The notes beneath the pieces are model-generated. The model saw only the letters and a program-made list of their open reading frames with translations, was not told the origin of the DNA and did no database searches. DNA of 64,000 nucleotides from Myxococcota bacterium (GTDB taxonomy: Bacteria > Myxococcota_A > Polyangia > Nannocystales > Nannocystaceae), in NCBI GenBank assembly GCA_039028615.1, contig JBCCHT010000036.1, positions 1 through 64,000 on the forward strand, written 5' to 3'. Shown one piece after another: positions 24,205-32,264 of this stretch. Both the position numbers and the translations under genes were made by a program. Position 1 is the stretch's first letter; each line of letters begins with the position of its first letter.

Positions 24205-25305
24205 CTAGAAGTTACACAGCGAGGCGCTCGTCGGGTTCCCTTGCGCATCCAGGACCGGCTGGCACGTCTGCGCGAAGACGTTGCAGTCGGAGTTCTGCTC
24301 ACAGTACGGGTTGCAGGTCCCGTTGTCGCCACACGCGAGGCCGGGCGCACACTCGTTGATGAAGGAGCACGCGGCTCCTTCGGTGCCAGCGCCCTGCGTG
24401 GGCGCGCACAGGATGCCGTTCTCGGTGGCGTAGCAGGCCTCGCCCGCGGGGCAGTTTTGCAGCAACACGTCGCACTCTTCGACGAAGGGGGCGAGGGTGC
24501 ACACGCCGGTCGACTCGATGTCCGAGCCGGGCTCACCGAAGGCCGAGCAGACGAGCCCGGGACCGCAGCTCCCATCCGGATCGGGGTCGGTCGTGTCACA
24601 GAACGAGGTGCAGCAGCCACCTTCCGTGCCTTCACAGCCGGGCACGGCAGTCGGGGCCACACACATCAGGCCCGGGGCGCACTCGTTGATGAACAAGCAC
24701 GGGTTGCCGGGGCCCACCCCGCTCGAGCTGGCGCACGTGGTCGCGCCGCCTTCGATCGGGTAGCAGCCCTCGCCCTCGGGGCAGTTCTGCAGCAGGGGAT
24801 CACAGCTTCCCTCGACCTCGATGTCGATATCGACCTCCAGGGTGCCCTCGCCGATCACGACCTCTTCACCGTCGACGCTGAACACGAAGGTGACGTTGGT
24901 CGTGTCGAACGCGATGATCGAAAAGTCGACCGGGTTGGCAGAGGTCAGCATGGCCGAGGTCAGCGGGATGCTCTGGGTGCCGGCCGGATCGAGCCGCTGG
25001 AGCACCCAGCCGGGCTGAAGCTCGATTTGATACGCGCCGTTGCCGAGGCCAGCCACGATGGGCGTCGTGGGCGTGGGCAGGCTCGCCGTGCTCAGCTGCA
25101 CGTTTTCCTGGCCGGTCACATCGAACACGGCGTCGGTGAGCACGTATTGTCGACCTTCGTCGTCCGTGCCCGACAGGCCCATGCGGAGCGTGCCGCCGTC
25201 TTGCACTCCGGCGACGCCCTCGTCACAGGCCGTGAAGGAAAGAGGGGCCAGCACCGACAGGCATAGCGCCAGCGCAGACCAATGGGGGCTGAAGAGAGTC
25301 TTCAT
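24205..25305 (-). CDS. Cys-rich lipoprotein, paralog 4 (chimeric: beta-domain plus two Cys-rich modules)
   Basis: FTAC lipobox; CDPLLQNCPEGEGCYP...CLFINECAPGLMC and CDVLLQNCPAGEACY...CSFINECAPGLAC; start reset to MKTLF. Confidence 0.75.
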   Translation of the reverse strand: MKTLFSPHWSALALCLSVLAPLSFTACDEGVAGVQDGGTLRMGLSGTDDEGRQYVLTDAVFDVTGQENVQLSTASLPTPTTPIVAGLGNGAYQIELQPGWVLQRLDPAGTQSIPLTSAMLTSANPVDFSIIAFDTTNVTFVFSVDGEEVVIGEGTLEVDIDIEVEGSCDPLLQNCPEGEGCYPIEGGATTCASSSGVGPGNPCLFINECAPGLMCVAPTAVPGCEGTEGGCCTSFCDTTDPDPDGSCGPGLVCSAFGEPGSDIESTGVCTLAPFVEECDVLLQNCPAGEACYATENGILCAPTQGAGTEGAACSFINECAPGLACGDNGTCNPYCEQNSDCNVFAQTCQPVLDAQGNPTSASLCNF

Positions 25306-25487
25306 GCACTCCCTAGGTCGTTCGTCACCCACCGCGGGTTCGGCTTATTTTCGGCGATGTCGACGCTTCGAAAAAATGCCACAGGCCCGTGGACGGCGGT
25401 CGGTCGGCGCACGTTTCCCCGCATGCCTTCTGCCGACCGCTCCCCCCGCCATCCACGGGCCCTGGCGCTCCCACGCGGAAGTTCGAT

Positions 25488-26447
25488 TCAGGTCGACGGT
25501 ATCGCGCACGCCCCATAGGCCTGGGCCCCCGGAGGCGCCTCGCCTTCGTCGAACCAGGGCAGACACTCCTGACCTCCGGCCGCCCCGCTGCAGTCGTCGA
25601 GCGGGTCGTTGGCCTCGAGGTCGCAAAAATCCGAGCAACACCCGCCCGAGCCGTCGCACCCCGGCACCGACTCGGGTAGAGCGCAAAAGAGCCCGACGTC
25701 ACACGCATTGATCGCGCCGCAGGGGTCGCCATAGGTCCCGAGCTCGGGCCCGGATGCATCGGGGGCGCAGGTGAAGCTGCCGTTGACCGGGTAGCAGGCC
25801 TGGCCCGTCGCGCAGTCCTGGATCAAGGGATCGCAGTCGTACAGGCACAGGGTCAGCACGCCGTCGTTGACGATCGTGCACGAGGTGTCGGGGTCGTCGC
25901 AGGTCGGCGACTGCGGGTCGCCCGTACACATCGCGACGCAGGTCCCCTGGCGGATCTCGGCATCGACGTCCCAGCACATCGAGCCGAGATCGCAGTCGCC
26001 CACCCCACTGACCCCGCTGCCTTCGACCGTGCAGGTATCTCCGGGCTGTCCCGGATCGTCGGCCACCTCGACGCACTTGAGCGCGTTCCAGCTGTTGCCG
26101 CCGTCGTTCGCCCAGGGCATGCACTTCTCGCCCTGCGGGCAGTCCTGCGCCCACACGCTGCAGTCGGCGATGGGCCCCTCCGGCGGCAGGATGAAGTTGC
26201 CCCCATCGGAGCTGCCGTCGGCCATCACGTCGTCGCCGGTCGTGCCCCCCGACGTCGAGCCGGGATCATCGGAGGTGCTGCCGTCGTCGTCTCCGGTCAG
26301 CGGCGACGGCCCCCGGTTCCTCGGCTCACACCCGGCCAGGAGCCCGACGCTCGGCAGTGCGACCAGCAGCGTGGCCGCCCAGAATCGACCTCGAACTGGA
26401 CGCCGTTCGGCCGCCCCGAGATCGTGAGCTGACGCAAAATCAAACAT
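25488..26447 (-). CDS. Cys-rich lipoprotein, paralog 3
   Basis: LAGC lipobox, acidic G/S/T/D linker, CSVWAQDCPQGEKCMPW and CDPLIQDC..CYP modules. Confidence 0.85.
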   Translation of the reverse strand: MFDFASAHDLGAAERRPVRGRFWAATLLVALPSVGLLAGCEPRNRGPSPLTGDDDGSTSDDPGSTSGGTTGDDVMADGSSDGGNFILPPEGPIADCSVWAQDCPQGEKCMPWANDGGNSWNALKCVEVADDPGQPGDTCTVEGSGVSGVGDCDLGSMCWDVDAEIRQGTCVAMCTGDPQSPTCDDPDTSCTIVNDGVLTLCLYDCDPLIQDCATGQACYPVNGSFTCAPDASGPELGTYGDPCGAINACDVGLFCALPESVPGCDGSGGCCSDFCDLEANDPLDDCSGAAGGQECLPWFDEGEAPPGAQAYGACAIPST

Positions 26448-26464
26448 AAGCTACATCCAACCCT

Positions 26465-26480
26465 AGCTGGACCCGTGCCG
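26465..26480 (-). promoter_or_regulatory. Candidate sigma-54 -24/-12 promoter
   Basis: Minus strand CGGCACGGGTCCAGCT has GG-N10-GC spacing and GGCACG; the -12 box is non-consensus. Confidence 0.3.
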
Positions 26481-26558
26481 GTTTCAACCTCCCCTCGGAT
26501 CAAAAACTAACAATACTCATAACGAGGCACTCGAGGGTCGCCGTGGGCGTTCGAAATG

Positions 26559-26591
26559 AAAAAGGGGACCACCGTGCGGCAGTCCCCTCTT
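26559..26591 (-). terminator. Intrinsic terminator after paralog 2
   Basis: Minus strand AGGGGACTGCCGCACGGTGGTCCCC followed by a T run. Confidence 0.75.
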
Positions 26592-26615
26592 CGCCTTGCG
26601 GCGTGTCAGCCTAGA

Positions 26616-27572
26616 TCACGCGGGAAGCGCGCAGGCACCGACCTCTTCGTATCCCGGAGGGGCCGCGCCCTCCTCGTACCAGGGCTCGCAAGCCTGGCCA
26701 GCGCCGGGGCACTGTCCGTCGCCCGCGGGGTCGGTCAGGTCGCAGACCGGGCTGCAGCAGCCAGCGGAACCCTGGCAGTCGGGCCAGGCGGCCGCGCCGA
26801 GGCAGATGTTACCGGGCGAGCACACGTTGATGAACTCGCAGGGGTCACCAGCGGCGCCCATCTCACCCGAGGCGTCCGGAGCACAGGCCCAGGCGTCGTT
26901 GATCGGGTAGCAGGCCTGGCCGTCGGCGCAGTCCTGAAGCAGCGGGTCACAGGCCGGGAGGCACAGCACGATGGCGCCGTCGTTGGCGATCGAGCAGGTG
27001 GTGTCCGGGTCCTCGCAGATCGGGTTGGACTCGTCACCGGTGCACATGGCCACGCAGGTGCCGACGTTGGTCTCGGCGTCCACGTCCCAGCACATCGAGC
27101 CGATGTCACAGTCGTCGATGCCCGAGGTGCCCGAGCCCTCGACGGTACACTCGTCGCCCGGCTGACCGGGGTTGTCCGAGATGGGCGAGCAGCGAGTCGC
27201 GTTCCAAGCGCCACCGCCGTCGTTCGACCACGGCATGCACTTCTCACCCTCGGGGCAGTCCTGTGCGAAGATGTCGCACTCGAAGCTGACGCCGCCGCCG
27301 TCCGGGTCCATGATGAAGCCGACGCCGGTGGTCATCGGGGCGTCGTCGCCCGAGCCATCATCGCCAGATTCGTCCTGAACACCGGTGTCACCGGGGTTGC
27401 TGCCGGTATCGCCAGGGTTGGCCGAGGTCGCGCCGTCGTCGCCACTCTCTGCGTTCGTGCCGTCATCGTTGACCGGCAGGGTGGTGCCCGTCGCACCGTC
27501 GTCGACGGTGCCACACGCGCCAAGCGCGAGCCCCAAAGACATCAACACGGACCATGCAATCTTCTTGTTCAT
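26616..27572 (-). CDS. Cys-rich lipoprotein, paralog 2
   Basis: LGAC lipobox; 26 further Cys in two modules (CDIFAQDCPEGEKCMPW / CDPLLQDC..CYP). Confidence 0.88.
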   Translation of the reverse strand: MNKKIAWSVLMSLGLALGACGTVDDGATGTTLPVNDDGTNAESGDDGATSANPGDTGSNPGDTGVQDESGDDGSGDDAPMTTGVGFIMDPDGGGVSFECDIFAQDCPEGEKCMPWSNDGGGAWNATRCSPISDNPGQPGDECTVEGSGTSGIDDCDIGSMCWDVDAETNVGTCVAMCTGDESNPICEDPDTTCSIANDGAIVLCLPACDPLLQDCADGQACYPINDAWACAPDASGEMGAAGDPCEFINVCSPGNICLGAAAWPDCQGSAGCCSPVCDLTDPAGDGQCPGAGQACEPWYEEGAAPPGYEEVGACALPA

Positions 27573-27792
27573 CGAGTTTTTCGTCCCTTGAGTTTCGACT
27601 CGCCCGGTCGCCTTGGTCCCGTTTTTCCCGCGAGGTCCGAGTCGGAATTGTCAGCTTGTCGCGCATCCCCAACGCGACATGCCATTAGGTCGGAAGGGAG
27701 AATCCACGAAAACCCAACGCTCCGCAAGAGGGTCAAAGGTCTGGGGAAACTAAGGTTCCCCACGACGTGAGCGAGTACACGTTGGTGGTCAA

Positions 27793-27897
27793 TGCTAGAT
27801 TTTCTAGCAATTCTGTGCAGATGCGGGCCGCGCCGCCGTGAAACCGGAATAGATTGCACCACTTGACACCTGAATTGTGAGATTGCTCCCCTTGACA
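27793..27897. promoter_or_regulatory. Operator-like palindrome plus 18-bp direct repeat upstream of paralog 2
   Basis: TGCTAGA-TTT-TCTAGCA (27793-27809); AGATTGCACCACTTGACA (27851-27868) vs AGATTGCTCCCCTTGACA (27880-27897). Confidence 0.5.
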
Positions 27898-27986
27898 TGA
27901 TTGTTCGATCAGCCCGCCGGGCTCCCGTAACCGGCTCTAGGGCGCCTCTAGCGGCCGATCTCGCGGGTTTCAATCAATCAACAACC

Positions 27987-28016
27987 AAAACGAAGGGCCG
28001 CCCGAAGGCGACCCTT
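27987..28016 (-). terminator. Intrinsic terminator after paralog 1
   Basis: Minus strand AAGGGTCGCC-TTCG-GGCGGCCCTT-CGTTTT. Confidence 0.75.
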
Positions 28017-28039
28017 GGTCGGCATGATCCGGCTCGGGA

Positions 28040-28990
28040 TCACGCAGGCAGCGCGCAGGCGCCCACATCCTCGTATCCCGGAGGGGCGTTGCCCTCCTCG
28101 TACCAGGGCTCGCAGGCCTGACCGGCCCCCGGGCACTGGGCGTCACCGTCGGGATCGCTCAGGTCGCAGACCGGGCTGCAGCAACCGGCCGAGCCCTGGC
28201 AGTCGGGCCAAGCGGCCGCGCCGAGGCAGATGTTGCCGGGCGAGCACACGTTGATGAACTCGCAGGGGTCACCCGCGGCGCCCATCTCACCCGAAGCATC
28301 CGGGCCACAGACCCAATCCTCGGCCACCGGGTAGCAGGCGTTGCCCTCCGGGCAGTCTTGGATCAGCGGGTCGCAGACGGGCAGGCACAGCACGATGGCG
28401 CCGTCGTTGGCGATCGAGCAGGTGGTGTCCGGGTCCTCGCAGATCGGGTTGGCCTCGTCGCCGGTACACATGGCCACGCACAGACCCATGTTGGTCTCGG
28501 GGTCGACGTCCCAGCACATCGAGCCGATGTCACAGTCGTCGATGCCCGAAGCACCCGAGCCCTCGACCGCACATGCGTCGCCCGGCTGACCGGGGTTGTC
28601 GGCGATCGGCGAGCAGCGCGTGGCGTTCCAGGTGCCGCCGTCGTTCGCCCACGGCATGCACTTTTCGCCCTCGGGGCAGTCCTGCGCGAAGATGTCGCAC
28701 TCGAAGCTCACGCCGCCGCCGTCGGGATCCATGATGAAGCCGACGCCGGTGGTCATGGGCGCGCCGTCGTCGGAGCCCTCGTCGCCGGACTCTTCGGCGA
28801 CACCGGTGTCGCCGGGGTTGGTGCCCGTGTCACCCGGGGCGGACGTCCCGTCGGCACCCGCGGTGTCGTCGTTGGCGTCGTCGTCGTTGGCCGGCAGCGT
28901 CGTGCCGGTCGCACCGTCGTCGACGGTTCCGCACGCGCTCAGAGCGAGGCCCGTGCACACCACTAGAGTCCAAATCGATTTCTTGTTCAT
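28040..28990 (-). CDS. Cys-rich lipoprotein, paralog 1
   Basis: Start MNKKSIW after GGAAGGAA; LSAC lipobox; near-identical to 26616..27572 across the Cys-rich region. Confidence 0.88.
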   Translation of the reverse strand: MNKKSIWTLVVCTGLALSACGTVDDGATGTTLPANDDDANDDTAGADGTSAPGDTGTNPGDTGVAEESGDEGSDDGAPMTTGVGFIMDPDGGGVSFECDIFAQDCPEGEKCMPWANDGGTWNATRCSPIADNPGQPGDACAVEGSGASGIDDCDIGSMCWDVDPETNMGLCVAMCTGDEANPICEDPDTTCSIANDGAIVLCLPVCDPLIQDCPEGNACYPVAEDWVCGPDASGEMGAAGDPCEFINVCSPGNICLGAAAWPDCQGSAGCCSPVCDLSDPDGDAQCPGAGQACEPWYEEGNAPPGYEDVGACALPA

Positions 28991-29329
28991 TGGGTTCCTT
29001 CCGTCGTCGATGAGGACGACGCTGGGCCGGTCTCGGCCGGGTGAACGTGCCAGTACGGCGCGATTCACAATCCTACGGATACGCGCGTCCAACGCACACC
29101 GAATCCAAATCCAACTCAAGAATCTGCCATACCCCGCGTTCATGCAAGAGCTTTTTGGGGTTTGCCAAGTTCGGGGCGTCCCCTGCGCTGAGAGCGAGCA
29201 CACCGCGCCAGGTCCTTTGCGCCAGAAACCAATCGCTCGAGGCATGATTTCAAGCGTCAACCACGCGCAATGTGCATCGCGGCCGGCACCGACTGTGCCA
29301 CCGGCCGCGACGACCATCCACCGTGCCGC

Positions 29330-30700
29330 TCACAGGATGTGGCGCGACAGATCCTGATCTTCGAGCAGCGAGTCGACGCGCTCGTGCACGTACTGCGCGG
29401 TGATTCGAATCTCGCGCTCCCCGATTTCGCTGGCCTCGAACGACAGCTCCTCGAGCACCCGCTCCATCACCGTATGCAGCCGTCGCGCCCCGATGTTCTC
29501 GAGCGTGGTGTTGGCCCGCCACGCCGCATCCGCGAGCGCAGTGATGGCCTCCTCGTCGAACTCGAGGGTCACCCCCTCGGTGGCCATGAGGGCGGCGTAC
29601 TGCTTGAGCAGCGAGTTGTCGGGCTCGCCGAGGATGCGAACGAAGTCACCGGCCTTCAGCGAATCGAGCTCCACCCGAATGGGAAAGCGCCCCTGCAGCT
29701 CGGGAATGAGGTCGCTGACCTTCGACACGTGAAAGGCCCCCGCCGCGATGAACAGCACGTGGTCGCTCTTGACCGGGCCGTACTTGGTGGTGACCGTGGT
29801 GCCTTCGACCAGCGGCAACAAGTCGCGCTGCACCCCTTCGCGGGACACGTCGCCGCCCCGCACGTTCTCGCGGCTGCAGATCTTGTCGATTTCGTCGAGG
29901 AACACCACCCCTAGCTGCTCGGTGCGGCGCACGGCCTCGCGCGCCATGGCATCGCGATCGACCAGCTTGGCCGCCTCTTCCTCCACCAGCAGCCGCAACG
30001 CGTCCTTCACTGGCACCGTGCGCTTGTGCTTGCGGCGGGCGATCTTGCCGAGCAGGTCTTGGATTTGCTGCCCCATCTGCTCGCCCATGGGCATGCCCGG
30101 GATCATCTGCACGCCGCCGTTGGACTCCTCGACCTCGACCTCGACCTCGCGATCGTCGAGCTTGCCCGTGCGCAGCAGCTCGCGGAGCCGCTCTCGGGTG
30201 GCGCTGCCCTGGGTGGTGCTCGTGCCCGAGTCACCCGCGCGATCGGTGTAGCTCGTGCCGCCCGAGCCCCGCGGCAGCAGCAGGTCGAGCACGCGCTCTT
30301 CCGCCTGCGTGCGGGCTTGCGGCCGTACCTCTTTTTCCATCTCGGTGCGGACCAAGCCCGCCCCGACCTCGACCAAGTCGCGGATCACCGAGTCCACGTC
30401 GCGACCCACGTAGCCCACCTCGGTGAACTTGGAGACCTCGACCTTGACGAACGGCGCCCCGGAGAGCCGGGCCAGGCGGCGGGCGATCTCGGTCTTACCG
30501 ACGCCCGTGGGGCCCACCATGATGATGTTCTTGGGCGAGATCTCCTCGCGCATCCCCTCGTCGACCATCTGCCGACGCCAGCGGTTGCGCATCGCGATGG
30601 CCACCGCTCGTTTTGCCTTGTGCTGCCCGATCACGAAGCGATCGAGCTCCTGCACCACCATGCGGGGAGTCAGGTTGCGTACTTCCATGGTCGACATCAC
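29330..30700 (-). CDS. hslU: HslU ATPase subunit
   Basis: [59 protein letters not shown]. Confidence 0.97.
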   Translation of the reverse strand: MMSTMEVRNLTPRMVVQELDRFVIGQHKAKRAVAIAMRNRWRRQMVDEGMREEISPKNIIMVGPTGVGKTEIARRLARLSGAPFVKVEVSKFTEVGYVGRDVDSVIRDLVEVGAGLVRTEMEKEVRPQARTQAEERVLDLLLPRGSGGTSYTDRAGDSGTSTTQGSATRERLRELLRTGKLDDREVEVEVEESNGGVQMIPGMPMGEQMGQQIQDLLGKIARRKHKRTVPVKDALRLLVEEEAAKLVDRDAMAREAVRRTEQLGVVFLDEIDKICSRENVRGGDVSREGVQRDLLPLVEGTTVTTKYGPVKSDHVLFIAAGAFHVSKVSDLIPELQGRFPIRVELDSLKAGDFVRILGEPDNSLLKQYAALMATEGVTLEFDEEAITALADAAWRANTTLENIGARRLHTVMERVLEELSFEASEIGEREIRITAQYVHERVDSLLEDQDLSRHIL

Positions 30701-31266
30701 TCCCCGGCCTTGGGCCCCAGTTCCAAGACGGTGTGCTGGAGGTTGGTGAACACGCAGATCTCACCCGCGATTTGCAGGCTCTGCTTGGCGATGGTGGGCG
30801 CGTCGGCCTCGGTGTGGCGGAGCAAGGCCCGCGCCGCCGCCAGCGCGAAGTTCCCCCCCGAACCGATGGCCAGGATCCCGTCGTCGGGCTCGATGACGTC
30901 GCCCGTGCCCGAAAGCAGCAGCGAGCGCTCGCGGTTGGCCACGATCATCAGCGCCTCGAGCCGACGGTATCGCCTGTCCTGCCGCCAGTCTTTGGCCAGC
31001 TCCACGCACGCGCGCGTGAAGTTACCCCCGACGGCCTCGAGCTTGGCCTCGAGCAACTCGAACAGGGTCAGCCCGTCTGCGGCCGAGCCCGCGAAGCCAC
31101 CCAAGATGGTGCCCTTGGCGAGCGTGCGGACCTTGGCCGCCCCGCCCTTGACGATGGTGTTGCCCATCGAGACCTGACCATCGGCCCCGAGTGCTACTTG
31201 GTCACCCCGACGCACACACACCACCGTGGTGGAGCGAATGCGGGGCGCGGTCGTATCGTCCGACAT
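30697..31266 (-). CDS. hslV: HslV protease subunit
   Basis: [44 protein letters not shown]; start reset to MSDDTT. Confidence 0.97.
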   Translation of the reverse strand: MSDDTTAPRIRSTTVVCVRRGDQVALGADGQVSMGNTIVKGGAAKVRTLAKGTILGGFAGSAADGLTLFELLEAKLEAVGGNFTRACVELAKDWRQDRRYRRLEALMIVANRERSLLLSGTGDVIEPDDGILAIGSGGNFALAAARALLRHTEADAPTIAKQSLQIAGEICVFTNLQHTVLELGPKAGE

Positions 31267-31394
31267 CGCCGGGGAGTATAGGGCGCGGGTACGGATCCGT
31301 CCGGTGACGGCGGGTGAGGTAGGACTCGGGGCCCACCGCGGGACCCTCTGCGCGGCGCCAAACCCTGCTACAGTCCGCGTCCTTCCTTCGTTTG

Positions 31395-32027
31395 ATGTCT
31401 TCTTCGCGCTCCAACCCCACCCTCGTCGGCTTCCAGCCCCTGACGGCGCCGCCACGCATCGGCGTGCTGGCCTCGGGTCGCGGCTCGAACCTGCAGGCTC
31501 TCGTGGCCGCGTACTCGCGCGGTGATCTCCCGGCTCCGGTCGCGGTGGTCATCTCCAACAACTCCGGCGCGGGGGCGCTGGAGTTCGCGCGTCAAAAATC
31601 CATCCCCACGGCGCACATCAGCGGGCGCACCCACGAAGACCCCGGCGCGGCAATCTTGGCGTGCCTGTACGAGCACGAGGTCGACCTGGTGGTGCTGGCG
31701 GGCTACATGAAGCGCGTGGACCCGCGGGTGCTGACGGCGTACACGGGACGCGCCATCAACATCCACCCGGCTCCCCTGCCCCGCTTCGGTGGCCAGGGCA
31801 TGTACGGCGAGCACGTGCACCGAGCGGTGCTGCAATCGGGGGTTCCGCTGTCGGGGCCCACGGTGCATCGCGTGACGGAGGAGTACGACGAAGGAGAGAT
31901 CTTGGCGCATCAGCCCGTGTCGGTGATTCCGGGGGAGACGGTGGAGCAGCTCGCGTCGAGGGTGCTGGCGGCAGAGCATGAGCTGCTGTGGAGAGTGGTC
32001 CGAGACTTCTTCTGCCCCGACAGCTGA
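31395..32027 (+). CDS. purN: Phosphoribosylglycinamide formyltransferase
   Basis: [35 protein letters not shown]. Confidence 0.95.
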   Translation: MSSSRSNPTLVGFQPLTAPPRIGVLASGRGSNLQALVAAYSRGDLPAPVAVVISNNSGAGALEFARQKSIPTAHISGRTHEDPGAAILACLYEHEVDLVVLAGYMKRVDPRVLTAYTGRAINIHPAPLPRFGGQGMYGEHVHRAVLQSGVPLSGPTVHRVTEEYDEGEILAHQPVSVIPGETVEQLASRVLAAEHELLWRVVRDFFCPDS

Positions 32028-32049
32028 GTGCATCTCAGTTCTCACGAAC

Positions 32050-32088
32050 AGCGCCGTTCGAGCATGGCTCGGAGGGCGCTTTTCTTTT
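32050..32088 (+). terminator. purN intrinsic terminator
   Basis: AGCGCCGTTCGAGC-ATG-GCTCGGAGGGCGCT-TTTCTTTT. Confidence 0.7.
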
Positions 32089-32203
32089 GTCGGAGGTGCG
32101 GAGGGAGTCGTGGGGGTGGTCGAAGGACGTGGTGTGATGCCACGACTCCGCCTCCGAGAAGGAGAATCGACAATCTCGACCAAAGCCTCCGCACGCACTC
32201 GGC

Positions 32204-32246
32204 AGAAGAAGAAACGCCCTCCGAGCCAAGCTCGAAGGGCGTTTTC
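32204..32246 (-). terminator. gdh intrinsic terminator
   Basis: Minus strand AAACGCCCTTCGAGC-TTG-GCTCGGAGGGCGTTT-CTTCTT. Confidence 0.7.
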
Positions 32247-32264
32247 TCGAGAACCGAGTCGCTC

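Noticed and set aside
25488..28990. Enzyme label for the Cys-rich proteins (from memory, similar proteins are sometimes auto-annotated as ribulose-phosphate epimerase)
   Set aside because: No TIM-barrel or epimerase motifs; lipobox, low-complexity linker and dense Cys contradict it. The recollection is unverified
31230..31266. HslV N-terminal extension before the catalytic Thr
   Set aside because: Short propeptides are known in HslV from many bacteria; not unusual
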